From NCBI GenBank assembly GCA_964016885.1, contig OZ024741.1, positions 164,238,001-164,302,000 of the forward strand: 64,000 bases of DNA, in the 5' to 3' direction. Below the pieces are notes generated by a model, which was not told the DNA's origin, ran no database searches, and saw only the letters and a list, made by a program, of their open reading frames with translations. Both the position numbers and the translations under genes were made by a program. The DNA is from Eledone cirrhosa. Its lineage: Eukaryota. Of this stretch, positions 27,062 to 40,600 are shown piece after piece. The first letter of the stretch is position 1, and every line of letters begins with the position of its first letter.

Positions 27062-27126
27062 TATTTTGTCTGATGAAGGCATACCATAATTTAATATGGT
27101 ATCCCTGAAATATGTATAATGAAATA
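27062..27126 (+). ncRNA. Type I hammerhead ribozyme (family A, diverged copy)
   Basis: tattttgt-CTGATGA-aggcataccata.atttaa.tatggtatccct-GAAA-t.atgt.ATA-atgaaata. Stem II differs from the 21694 copy but still pairs. Confidence 0.8.
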
Positions 27127-27165
27127 AATATGGTTTTATAAATATAGTTTCCATTTATTAATATC

Positions 27166-27219
<54 letters not shown>

Positions 27220-27692
27220 GTAAAAAAGAAGAAACAGTAGAAAACGCTAAACATTTATTTACAAAAAGGAATTTATCGTACCAGTTTCAGCTACGTGGGC
27301 TGCGGAAGTGTACAATAAAATTTATAATGGAGTCAAGTTGTATATTAATAAGAATATGGTATGAAGTAACATGGTTTACATACATATATAGAGAATATAT
27401 ATACAATGTTGTTTATTGCTTTCTCTCCTTGGTTGTGTTGACCATAACTTCAGCAGTGGTAGTATACATATATATCCGTATGTAGTTGACAGCTGAGAGA
27501 AAGGAGAACTCAATACCAGAGAAAGGTTTTAATATTCATTTTTATTAAGGCTAAAATGTGAGTCTTGTTACTCTGGAAGTTCGCCTGTTTATCATAAGAG
27601 TTCTTGTCTGATGACCCTGTGATAAACAGGCGAAACTCCATACATATATACTGTGGCGGACTGGGTCTAAAATCATTGGTTTCCAGGAGATA

Positions 27693-28114
27693 AAGCGTGT
27701 CCGAAAGTCTTGTCACCCCCTACCAAAAAGTAATGAGAAACAGTTTATGTTCCCATCGCAGAAGGAGCTGGTTTGCCGAATCTTGCAGTGAAGTCATGTC
27801 GCACATACCCCATGCTCTTGCCAGACTGCACACAATCATGTGTCCATACACTTGCAAGCAGCCTCTCTTCCAAACTGTAGGAGCTCTGAAATAGAAAATT
27901 ATATTATTATTATTATATATTATAATTAATGAAATTATATATATTATTAAAACAAAAAATAATTGTTTCTATTTGTGACACAAGGCCAGCAATTAACCCC
28001 AGTGCATTACTGGTGCTTTATTTTATCGACTCCGTAGGGATGAAAGGCAAAGTTAATCTCGGCGGGATTAAAACAATTTGTGACAAGGGGTGACAAGATT
28101 TTCAGACCGCCCTG
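27693..28114 (-). mobile_element. Tc1/mariner-derived deletion remnant with a SINE inserted
   Basis: Imperfect TIRs GCGTGTCCGAAAGTCTTGTCACCCC / GGGGTGACAAGATTTTCAGACCGCCCTG. Minus strand reads LEERLLASVW...VRHDFTARFGKPAPS, resembling an N-terminal transposase HTH. Confidence 0.55.
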
Positions 28115-28420
28115 GCCTTTATTTTTTATAACGAATAAACATTTTCAAAAAATACATAACTGGAAACAAAAAAAGGCAATCAAATTTCTGCGGAAAAAAA
28201 TGTATAATTTTTTTTTTACTAATTATAGTGTTTACTGCTAGTAATATGTATAGTATATTTATACTATACATATTACTGTCAGTATACAGTAATACCGAAT
28301 GTAAATACAAAATCCCGCCAAGGTTAACTTTGCCTTTCATCCTTACGGGGTCGATAAAATAAAGTACCAGTAATGTACTGGGTAATTGTTGGCCTTGTGC
28401 CTAAAGTAGAAACAATTATA
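27955..28420. mobile_element. Two inverted partial SINE copies (27955-28070 -, 28312-28420 +)
   Basis: Shared core TTTGCCTTTCATCCTTACGGGGTCGATAAAATAAAGTACC and AGAAACAATTAT tail. Confidence 0.8.
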
Positions 28421-28869
28421 ATTGAATTTTTAAATAATTGTGAATGTATATTATACTGTTATTTTGAAAAGTTTTAACCAAACTGAAAATAAATTCCTAT
28501 AAATCTATAAATCTATTTCAATATTTTTATTGAAGACTTTTCACTGTCAAAGAGTTAACTATGTTTTCTTATAAAAATCATGGCATTGCAGTCAATACCA
28601 CATCTTCTTATATATATATATCATTTGTTTGTTTGCTCTTTACAAAAGAGATTTTTTTCATGGCTTTGATTTCTTCTACTTTTAATATTTTACATCTTTC
28701 TATTATTCGTTTTTCCACTGCTCTTGCCATTATTGTTTTTATAATGCCCTTATAAATTTTTGAAAATAAAAGTATATTATACATGTACCAATTTAAACAT
28801 TTTAAAAATAATTAGGGCATATTTTAAAATAGTTTACTTGTACTGCACACTTTACACATTGACAAATAG

Positions 28870-30475
28870 TTCAAATGTGTATTACATGCAGTCCATTATA
28901 TAAAGAGCAATCGTTTGAGTTCACTGGATGATTGTGCAAATCTAGGAAGTAGATTAACTCAAATTCATCCTCGTTCAGCAGCATATTGTTCTTTTCCGCC
29001 CATTTGATAACAGCCAGTAGGTCTGACAGAAGGCATGTCCTCCACTTCATTGATGACCTTCTGGAGCTTGGAATCATCTGCAAAGATTCTTATGTTGCTG
29101 TGCTTGATGATGTCAGTAATGTCATTAATGTAGATGATGAAAAGAAGTGGGCCCAACATTGCCTTGCGGGACGCCACTGCTGACTTTGGCAGGGTTTGAT
29201 TTTACTCCTTCGACTACAACTTTGGGTTTTGTCTGTCAGGAAATACTTGATCTACTGTAGTAACTTTCCAGAGACACCAATGTTGGATAGTTTTTTTCTA
29301 TAGAATCTTATAATCAACCCTGTCAAAGGCATTGCTGAAATCACAGTAGATGATATCGGTGTTGGAGCCCTCTCCCAAAGCTCTCAAAATATCATCAAAG
29401 GGATACATGAGCTGTATTAGGTAGCTCCTTCCATTATGGAACCCATGCTGGTTGGAGTTCAACAGTCTGTTGCTTTCAGGAAAGTGGGTTATTCGTGATC
29501 TCACCACCCTCTCAAATACCTTAATGATATGACAGGTGAGTGAGATCAGATGGCAGTTCACTGCAAGGGACTTGTTTTCCCTTTTTGTAAACTGGGATAA
29601 CAGACTGGGACAGAAAGTTTTCAGGAATATAGCCAGCATCCAGTGAGTTACTCCATAGATTAAAAAGAGGGGATGCAAGTTGGTGTCAACACACCTTCAG
29701 GACTCAAGCAGGGAACCTATTGGGGCCTGCTGCTAAATTGTGTTTAATTTTGTTTATTGCTGCTAAGATATCAGGGGCGCCAAATGTTATGTCCGATATA
29801 GGGTGTTGGGGGATTAACATCACTGATACAGCCCAGATCAGCCATATCAGGATTGTAGAAAACAGAGCAGTATTGTTTCTGCAGTATCTCACCCATGGTT
29901 TTGGCATTATGTTGGAGTGTGCCATTTTCATCAACTAGGGGGCCAACAGTGGAGAGTGACATTGTGTTTTTGTCACAAATGAAAAGAACACTTTGGGGTT
30001 GAGTTTGATTTTCTCAATGGCCCACCTCTGTTCAGATGTTCTCTGGTTATTGATGATGGTCTTCATGCATTATTGGAGGTTATATTTTTTTGATTTAAGC
30101 AGTGCGATAGCCGTCGGATATATGTGTTGCTGTTGGCAGTATTTTAGTGTGTTAATTTTTTTGTTTGTTCTTTTTATTTTTCTGATCATTGTTTTTCTGT
30201 TTTGGGGGATACTGCGCTTAGTTTTGTTCACAGATCTTGGTGGGGTGTGTTTTGCACATATGTTTGTGACAGTGTCTACAAAGATCTGCCAAGATATTTT
30301 GATGTTGGTGGAGATGTGTGTGTATGCCAAAGACCAGTCAACATGTGATAGCTTGTTCATGATTACATCCCAGTTGGCATTGTAGAGATCCATGTTATCA
30401 AATGGGTGGGCTGGAGAGGTCACTAGGATTAGTTTTCGCCTGGTGGAATCTCAGGTTGCAAAGAAACATGTTATG
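28870..30475 (-). pseudogene. Decayed CR1/L2-type LINE ORF2 (RT)
   Basis: Fragments AAGPNRFPA, ISLTCHIIKVFERVV, NQHGF, DFSNAFDRVD, LGPLLFIIYIND, IFADDSKL; many frameshifts. Confidence 0.88.
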
Positions 30476-30537
30476 GTCTGAAAGAAGAGTTTTTTCTATA
30501 TATGTATATCATCATCATCATCATCATTTTACGTCCG

Positions 30538-30631
<94 letters not shown>

Positions 30632-30635
<4 letters not shown>

Positions 30636-30923
30636 AGTGTTTGGGCTAGTTTAGGATTAAGGTTAGGTTTAGCGTTAGGATTAGGGTTAATGTTAGGGTC
30701 AGGGTTAGGCTTAGGCTAGTGGTAGTATTGAGGTTAGGGTTAGCATTAGGGTTAGAGTTGGGGTTAGGGTTAGGGTAGGCTTAGTGTTAGTTTAGGGTTG
30801 GAGTTATGTTATGTTAGGGTTAGGCTTATAGTTTGGGTTTGGGTAAAGGTTAGGTTTAAGTTTAGGGTTAGGGTTTGGGTTATGTTTAGGGTTAGAATAG
30901 GGTTTGGGTTTGGGTTACGGTTA
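30632..30923 (+). repeat. Degenerate interstitial telomere-like (TTAGGG)n tract
   Basis: About 48 hexamer units, many exact TTAGGG, the others single-base variants. Confidence 0.85.
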
Positions 30924-31604
30924 ATCAGTACCTATTTTTACCATCATGAAATATGTTTTAAAATTTCTTAGTGGATGTGAGAACTGTAAAGTATTTTGAA
31001 ATGCTGCCAATTAAGTTGCAACCTGGACTAATTTAAGGTTTCATCATCATCAGAGAATTTTCTTCAGTCTATCAACATATTCAAATCTAAATAGATCAAC
31101 TGATAAATTTTTTTATTTACAAGGGCTATGATTATTCCAGAAATATTTCCACTTTACTACAGTGATCCAATTATTTGCCCATTGCATTTGTGTGTGACTT
31201 CACCAGCTTGGATAGCCAGTGATATCTGTTTATCTTCCACATAAATATTCTGTAGTTCAGCAGCTCAACATGTGAAGACCAGTACATATTTTCAAATAGA
31301 AATATGGTTGTTTCTCTCACTTCTGTTCCTAATTAACATGGCAGTCGTTAATGGACTTAATGCGTTATTTGTGGTAATAACATTACTCCGGATCCTATGG
31401 TAGTATTCACAGAAATTTTGATGATAATGGCAATGGATAAGGGAAGAGAAGATAATGGTAGACAGCAATGATGGTGAAAATGATAACAGGCATTTCAAGA
31501 AAAAGGAAGAAAAGCATAAGTCACAACAAAAATATTTTTTAATAATCTTTATTGTCAGAAAAAAGCTGACCAAATAACAGAACCCGGAAAAAAAATGACT
31601 ATTA

Positions 31605-31835
31605 GACATTGATGTTTAGAGAGTACCAACATTGATGTAGTGGGGGTTACCAACATTGATGTTTTTTTGAGGGGTTGGGGTACCAACATTGATGTTTAGT
31701 GGAGTACCAATATTGATGTATTGGGAGGTACCAATATTGATGTTTAGTGGGGTACCAACATTGATATTTAGAGAGTACCAGCATTGATGTATTAGGATGT
31801 ACCAACATTCATGTATTAGGGGATACCATCATTAA
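31605..31835. repeat. ~21-bp minisatellite (TACCAACATTGATGT + GT/purine-rich spacer), ~10 copies
   Basis: Directly visible. Confidence 0.85.
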
Positions 31836-33579
31836 TATTGTTGAATGAGTTTACCTCTATCAAAGTTGATATTTTGGTTTATCATTGAAATAAGGAGTTT
31901 ATCTCTATCAAAGTTGATTTTTCACTCCCACAATCCAATTTCCTTCTAATTTGTATTGTTTTTGCAATAGTTTTATTGTATATTTTTACTGATATTTTTA
32001 CTAAAATGTAGTCTTAAATCTATCAACCTCCGTTCATTTTTAATCATCCTAACTAGAAATATCTTTGTATTTTCTTTCTGTTTTTTTAACATTTTATTCC
32101 AATTTGTCTTCCATTCTGCATCAAAACAGGGATAAGTATTAAAATTAAAAATAAGAATAAAAACAGAAACAATTATAATTGGGAGGTGAGGTGGGGGAAC
32201 TTTATGCCAAAACAAAAATTAACAAAGAAAAATGTATTTGTATAAAAACTATTTAAGAAATATTAGGGATTTCTTGTAACTGGTAACTGAGGAATTGGAA
32301 ATGTCTCTTTACAGTAAGAATATTTCTTTAGAATACCATAACCAATTCAGACAAACAGCTAACTCCATGTTGATAGGTTACACAACTGCTAATGTAATGT
32401 TTATTGGTATATATCCCCTTTTGTGTGTGTGTATATATATATATATATCCCCTGTTGTACTGTGTTTGAGATTGGATGTAGACATGGCTGAAAAGTGAAC
32501 AAGTTTGTAACTGTTATCTACTATAGTCTCAGGTCGACTCAAGATTTGTCAGTGAAATTGAGTTGGTGGAAACCCATCAGATAGATTGTACCTATAATGT
32601 AAACGTCTTTCTGCCTAGCAATTATGTTAAGTGTACACATTTTTTAGAATACACAACCACTTATATACTAATGTTACAAGTAGGCTGCTTCGTTAATTGA
32701 ACTACTGAATATTTATCATCACAACATCTGAAGATTCATTATGTTTGAGACAACCGAACATGTCAATATACAGTGATATGCTTATTCTAAAACTCAACCT
32801 GAGAATTATTTCAAATTAGAATGCCTACCTGGAGTGTTCTGAAGCCCTATAAGCACCAAAGCCTGATAATTGGTTTGAACACACATAATGTTCAATAGCT
32901 AACCCACCTCACTTGAACAGTCTGTAAATAAGGTGTGGATTGTATAACTATCATATAATTGATAACTGTTTTGTTTTATTATAGGTGTATCTCGCAAATG
33001 TGGGCTCTTCCAGACAGACTTACACAAGTTATACTACAGAAAAAGCTTGGGAAGGTCAATGGTAACTTCACAATTTTGTGACTCATCACTACCACCATCA
33101 GTAAAATTTGAAACAATGCCCTTTTACCACCAGATATCGATTCTGTAATAAACCTGTCCATTTTAAAATGTTCATTAAGAACTTCCATCATAATGTTCTA
33201 TAAGAACTTGATTATGTTCTAAATGTCAACTTAATGAAAAGTTATTTTACTAAAATCTTCCAAATTCTCGGTTATTGTCAACACTAACAGATTCAATGTA
33301 TTTCTTTGAGAAATTTGATAATGAAAGGGTTGAAGTAAATGTTAAAAATATCTTTCAGCATTTCATTGACTGCACAAGGAGATTTAAAGTGGGTAGAAAA
33401 CTGTTTGCCTTTTGCTTTATATTTAAACTTCATTGATCAATTATCAATGTGGTTAAAACAAAACTGGCAGTGTTGGGTTTTTAGGGCCACCACAATACTG
33501 GTGTGAAAGTTTAGGTATTCTCACATACATTTCTCATTTCAAAAATGGAAGAAATATTTCCAGAATATATAACTGTTTT

Positions 33580-33950
33580 GTTGAGCAGTCCAAGCAACTA
33601 TACAGATATCACCTGCTTACTACTCACTGAGCAGTCCAAGCAACTATACAGATATCACCTGCTTACTACTCACTGAGCAGTCCAAGCAACTATACAGATA
33701 TCACCTTCTTACTATTCACTGAGCAATTCAAGCAAATATATTGATGTCCTCTCCTTTCTACTCACTGAGCAGTCTAAGCAATTATATAGATATCCCCCCT
33801 CACTACTCACTGAGTAGTCCAAGCAACTATATACATACCCTCCCCACCTCACTACTCATTGAGTAGTCCAAGCAACTATATAAGCTAACCTATCCCTACC
33901 TTTACTACTCATTGAGCAAACAATTTAAGCAACTACATAGATATACCCCC
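33580..33950. repeat. 46-bp minisatellite, ~8 copies with polar divergence
   Basis: GAGCAGTCCAAGCAACTATACAGATATCACCTGCTTACTACTCACT at 33583, 33629, 33675, then degenerating rightwards. Confidence 0.9.
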
Positions 33951-35972
33951 TACCACCACCACCACCACCACCACCTAGCCTATTGGTTCATTCATTGTAT
34001 AGCCTCTGGCATCTCACAAGACCTATAGCAGTACAGTACAGTACAAGGATGAATAATCACATAAATCATTCAATCAACATTGTCACAGTAGGATTTAGGT
34101 TAACAGGATTAATACACCATCTAGTAATAGCAGCAAAGTTTAATATTAGCTGCAAGAATCTCACCATTCTGGGAAGGTCTGCAAAGATCACCAACACTGT
34201 GGCACTGCGCTTCTTTTTTTAAAACTAATTTATCTCCCCACCTCCTTTTTTCTGCACACCCCACTTTCTAAAAAAAAAGACATCTTATTTTTATTGAGGA
34301 TACATATTGACCAAGAATTCTAAACTTAGACCAATAGTTTCTAATACTTTCACTATGAATGATCTCATTTATTTAAATGAATTTTCACACAGACCACAAA
34401 CTTTGGAAAGATCTGTCTCCTTGAAAAGCTGACAGTCACCCCATAGTACTATCATTGCAGACCCCTCCCCCAGGGATCCTCCACTGACCACAGGGTTGGT
34501 AACCACTGGCTCAGACCATGCCATATCCATTAAAAAGATGGAGAGGGATTATTATTAATCCCGCTTGAGTTAGAAGAGAACTATTGACCTGCAGGAGAAG
34601 CAGCGACCCCTGATTGTATTCAGCAACCAAAACAAATATGAAGTACACCAAATCCAATGCTCCTAGGGGCAGTCCTGGTTCTTCTTATTTGCAAGTGTAA
34701 ACTCGGCCAGATTAGATTAGATTAGATAAATTTGAGCAGGTCCTTCTCTCCCTGCCCACCTTACTGTTTTGTGTTAGTGACCTGACCTGGAAATATGTCA
34801 AAGGTCTTACTGCAAAGAAACAGCCCCAGTTGACCAAATTATGAATTATGAATCTATGTATAACATCAACATCATAGAAATTCAAGAACCCATATTTTGG
34901 AGGAAGAAGGAGGTTAATATTATAATTTATTTTAAACTATTAAATTGAAATAATGTTATTTTCCTTGTTGTTGTTTTTAATGCATGTTTTTGTTGAATGT
35001 CTTTATCTTTTGGTATTTTGTAATTTGTAATCATAAGATGAAAACACCAGGGAAGTTATTTCTTTTTAAATATTTGTTGTATATTGTCTTTTTTTTCTCA
35101 TTCTCATTTTAAACAATTTTAAATTTTAATGGAAGTTTTGTTTGACAGTTGAAAACTTTCTTCAGAAACACACACATACACACACACATGCAACAAACTA
35201 ACGCAGTTTAGGAAGAGAAAATAACAAAAAAAAAAATGAAAAAAAAACAACAAAAAAAAACTCAATGTGGCAAGGAAGACTGGGAATGTTGAAAAAAAGG
35301 GACTGAAATTCTTTAAAATGTCTTGAAAATGGATTTTTTGGTATTCATAATATTTATCATTTTTTTTACATTGTTTTGTGTTTTGTTTATTCTTATTTTA
35401 TCTTGTTTTCTGTTTTAAAGACTGTAATCAATAAAATGCTTTATTAAAAATTAGCACCAAATTGTGAAAGAAACCAACTAGTGCCCCAGTATGGCCACAA
35501 CCCTCTGGCTGAAACCAGTAAAATGAAAAAAAAGAGAGTAATACATAGAATGAGAGGAAGGTGGAGAAGGAGGGAATCTCTTTTGTTTTCCAATTAAACA
35601 ATTTTCTTTTCTTTCCTTCTTATATATAATTATGTATGTATATATATATATGCAGTGATTTTATGTGTATATATATATGTGTATATATATAATATATATA
35701 ATATATATATTGTATTTATATTGTATATAATATTAGTAATAAGTATAGTACCAGGAATGACTAGGCCAGAAGTAAGAAGAAAATTTATTTATATATTATG
35801 AATCTATCAATGTTATATCTGTAGGAAGACATCACACATTGATTTATCTGGAATAGCTCAACAAACACTCAATGAATTCATAACTTCAGAGTAGCAATTA
35901 ATTATTTGATTTTGAAGGGGCTGTAAACAGGACAAAGACAACGTCAACTCCATACAAAAAATAACAAATACC

Positions 35973-36000
<28 letters not shown>

Positions 36001-36006
<6 letters not shown>

Positions 36007-36163
36007 TTACAACAGTGACATAAACAGGTACTTAAGTTTCGTTGGGTTCTGGGCCCCAACTCATTCAGCCCGTCATAAGAAAAATATGACAGGCTGAAAG
36101 AGTTGGGGTCCAGAACCCAAAGAAACTTAAGTACCTCTTTTATGTCACTGTTGTAATTATTTT
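36001..36163. ncRNA. Palindrome encoding a hammerhead-like motif on each strand (family E, CUGANNGA core)
   Basis: Minus 36023-36074: gacggg-CTGAATGA-gttggg...cccaac-GAAA-c.ttaa.GTA-cctgtt. Plus 36088-36139: gacagg-CTGAAAGA-gttggg...cccaaa-GAAA-c.ttaa.GTA-cctctt. Confidence 0.72.
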
Positions 36164-36486
36164 TACTAAACTTGTCCTATGGGCTGAGTGCTCTTTCTCT
36201 TGGATATTTCTACCAAACTTTTACTATGGTATATGTATATATATAATGTTTATATAAGCATATGTATATATAAATATATATATGTATCTATCTATATAAC
36301 GAAGGAGGTGTGGTAAGGAACCAGAAGGACCATAACGCAGCAGAGTACTCAATACTTAGGATAGTAGAGTGGGTAATAGGATAATGTTTAACCTCGATGG
36401 CAGAGTTCAAGCCGTTTCGACGACTATTTCTGGACAGAAATAGCCATCGAAACGGCTTGAGCTCTGCCGTTGGGGTTAAACATTTT

Positions 36487-36572
<86 letters not shown>

Positions 36573-37659
36573 CGTGTATATATATATGTGCTCATGTTAT
36601 TAATGTAGATTTTCACTGAACCTATATATATAAAGAATTATAGAACAAAAAAAAAAGGTAGGTGGAGTTAATATCAAATAATCATACCTAAGAAACGAGA
36701 AAGGAAAAAGACTAGTAAGATAAGAAAACTGATCATTTAGTCTATAGTTAGTGATAGAAAACATAATAGTTATATATGACATGATAATGATATATCACAA
36801 CACATGACCATATAATAAGTGATATAGCATGACAGAAACACTACATAATCTTGATATCTCATTCAGTATCATGTGATATTTCAGATTTCTAGCAACATAG
36901 CATCAGTATTGTATGTGGTAGAGAATAACATGTTGTCAACTGAATAGTCTCTATACAAATTTTGTATTTTTGTTAATCGCTTGTTAAATGCAAGGACCCC
37001 ATTCAATCATTACCTTCTAGCTAGCGTATTTTCAAACCTTAATTCCTAACGTATTTTCAAACCTCAATCCCTAATTCTAGCGTATCTTCAAAACAAAAAA
37101 CAAAATCCTTTCCTTCTTCCTTCTTCGAAGGCATGGGGCGGTCAAACGCCTAACACACACAACCATCATGCGGCCCCCCCCCCCTCTCTCTCTATATATA
37201 TATATGATAGGAATTCACTTCGCCAAATTTCATTGCTTGCTGTCTCTACCCCACGATATTCATGTAACGTAATGTACAGATTTCATTTCTCACCCTCCAC
37301 AAATCCTAATTCTAGCGTATTTTAATTCTAATTCTAGCGTATTTTCAAAACAATCCAAATTTCGTATCAAGTCCAAATAGCCAATCTATCGCTAAAACAA
37401 ACTACATTTTCTGTTTCTATTAATTGTTAAATACGAAAGTTTTTGGTCGTATTGAACAGAACAAATTTTGTATTTTTGTTAATCGCTTGTTAAAAGCAAG
37501 GACCCCATTCAATCATTACCTTCTAGCTAGCTACCCCCCACCATTGCTATTACGTGGACCAATCATAAAACAGAGCCCCCACGCATCACCAGTATTATTA
37601 CGCGGACCAATCAGAAGCCAGAGGCCTATACTGTCGCTTGCCTGGTTGCCTTTCGATAT

Positions 37660-40600
37660 ATGATGGATGGATGGACTGCGGAATCCTGGAGAGTGGAGGA
37701 GAGAGAGAGAAAAATCTGGACGCTCAGCGACAATGCCAAAGATAAAGACAAATTCACCTCTTGGACGAGAATGCGAGCACTCCTCATTGTTTCGACCGCG
37801 GACGGCTAACATAACCCCATCGCCCCCCGCCCCCACCGCCCCCAACCCCCAAACGAAATCCAAAACTTCAGAGTTGGTACCATAAATGTAGGCACCCTAA
37901 AGGGTCGCGCTAACGAGGTTGTAGAAATGCTTGAACGTAAGGAGGTCGATGTTTGTTGTATTCAAGAGACCAGGTGGAGGGGTGGGTCTGCTAGGTTCAT
38001 TGAGGGTAAAAAACGATGTTATAAGCTTTTCTGGGTGGGAAACGACGATGGGCTGGGTGGAGTAGGAATCATGGTAGCAGAAAAGTGGGCAGATAAGATA
38101 ATAGACGTAAATAGAGTGAACGACAGAATAATTAAAATACGACTTGTCCTCAATAGAACTACGGTGACAGTAATATCTGCGTACGCACCCCAATCCGGAC
38201 TGCCCGGCACTATAAAAGACAGATTCTATGAGACACTGATGCTAACTACCTCCCAAATATCCGACAGTGACTATATAATTATCGCAGGCGACCTAAATGG
38301 TCACGTTGGACAACATTGTGACGGCTACGACGAAATCCATGGAGGCTATGGGTTTGGTACTAGAAATGAGGAAGGCTCCAGAATCCTGGAATTCTGTGAT
38401 GCAAATAACCTAACTATCTGTAACACTAACTTCAAAAAAACGTGACAATCACCTGATCACCTATAGATCCGGGGAACACACAAGCCAGGTAGATTATATC
38501 CTTACCAGAAGACGTGACAGAGTGTCTGTTGTAAACACTAAATCCCTCCCCCATGAAGAATGCACCTCCCAACATAGACTGATAATTAGCGACCTCATAG
38601 TCAGGACGAGACGTACTCGACAGCAGAAGAGGACTATCCTCAGGAGAAAAATATGGAAGCTAAAGGACCCCACAGCCAGGAATAAATTTCAAAGCATATT
38701 ACTTGATGCTTTCGACAGTAAGGAAGAACATTTAGAGTCGGACAATATAGAGGGAGAGTGAGAATTTCTGAAAGCAAACCTGCTGTTGGCGACAGACGAA
38801 GTCTGTGGCTGGAGCAGGCCTGTAGGCAGGAGGAGAGTAACATGGTGGTGGAACAGTAAGGTGGAGGGGTCAATTAAGGCCAAAAAGCAGGCTTGGAAAG
38901 TATGGCGGGATGGGGGAAGTAGAGAGGACTATCAAGTGGCCAGGAGGGAAGCTAGGAGACAAGTGTACTTAGCAAGAAGGGAAGCTGAGGAAAGAAAGTT
39001 CAAGCATGTTCTACAACGCGATGACCAAAAACGTGAGGTGTTCAGGATTGCTAGGCAATGCGTCAAGGAAAACCGTGATATTGTCGGGGAGAAGTGTGTA
39101 CTAAACGACGATGGCACACTTGCCATCACCGACGCTGATAAGAAGGTAGCTTGGAAGTGTCACTATGAAAGGCTACTAAATGAGGAGAATAAATGGGAGA
39201 AAGACAGTCTCCCCCATATCGACCCAATAGAGGGACCAGCAGTGTTAGTCGAGGGGAGTATAATAAGTAAGGCAATCAAGGATATGAAGACGGGTAAGGC
39301 GGCTGGGCCTTCGGAAATAGTTGCTGAGATGCTGAAGGCATCTGGCACGGTGGGACACACCATGGTCACCCGCATAGTTAACCAAGTCGTACAGAATGGG
39401 GTTGTTCCGAAGGACTGGCATAGCAGCATCATCGTTAACTGTTATAAGGGTAAAGGAGACGCCCTAGATAGGAGTAACTATAGAGGCATTAAATTAATCG
39501 ACCAGGTCATGAAGGTCACGGAAAAAGTAATAGCGCAACTAATCAGAGAGAGAATTGACCTAGATGAAATGCAGTTCGGGTTTGTGTCAGGCAAAAGTAC
39601 CACAGACGCTCTTTTCATAGTACGACAACTACACGAGAAGTACCTAGCTAAAGGTAAACCCCTCTACTTAGCTTTTGTCGACTTGGAGAAAGCCTTCGAC
39701 AGAGTCCCCCGCTCCATTATCTGGTGGGCTCTTAGAAAACTAGGCGTTGACGAATGGCTTGTGAGGGCTATACAAGCCATGTATAAAGAAACAGTCAGCA
39801 AGGTTAGAATTAACAACGAATATAGTGAAGAGTTTAGCGTAAAAGTTGGCGTCCATCAGGGCTCTGTTCTCAGCCCACTAGTATTTATTATTGCCCTTCA
39901 GGCTATAACAGAGGAGTTCAAGACAGGCTGCCCATGGGAACTCCTATACGCAGACGACCTGACACTCATAGCGGAATCAATGGCCGAGCTAGAGAAGAAA
40001 TTCCAAACATGGAAGCACGGCCTAGAGTCAAAAGGACTTAAAATTAACCTGGCTAAGACCAAAGTACTAGTTTGTAGGAAAGAAAACAAGGCGGCGGTCC
40101 CTTCTGGGAAATGGTCGTGCTCGGTGTGTAGGAAAGGCGTAGGTAGAAACTCCATTTTATGTCCTAAATGCAAAGTATGGGTGCATAAAAGATGTAGTGG
40201 GATCACAGGTAAGCTAACTAAGAACATAGATTTTACATGTGGCCGGTGCTCTGGTGCAATAAGTAGCAGCAAGTGCCCACAAAATACTAGCTCTTTCAAT
40301 TGCGCAGAGGGTTCTATAGAAATAGTGGACAGCTTCCGTTACCTGGGCGATAAAATCAGCAGTGGGGGAGGGTGCTCTGAAAGTACTGTAGCTAGAGTCA
40401 GAACTGGTTGGAAAAAGTTCAGAGAGCTTATACCACTATTAGCTGCTAAAGGGTTCTCACTAAAAATGAAAGGCAGGTTGTACGATGCCTGCATACGAAC
40501 AGCAATGCTGCATGGCAGTGAGACCTGGGCATTGTGTGCAGAGGATATACGCAGACTAGAGAGGAACGAAGCTTGCATGCTCCGCTGGATGTGTAACAGT

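Noticed and set aside
27265-27325. Minus-strand cagc/gctg-GAAA-ctg-GTA with tttattg/cgataaa stem
   Set aside because: The CUGANGA half is absent. A similar partial pattern at 6040-6130 was also too degenerate.
32950-33450. Possible old hAT transposase remnant (HYDG-like motif on minus)
   Set aside because: Too degenerate to support without a profile search.
33580-33950. CRISPR-like alternation of conserved and variable segments (also 31605-31835 and the 87-bp array)
   Set aside because: The variable parts are homologous to each other rather than unique spacers; eukaryotic context; no cas genes.
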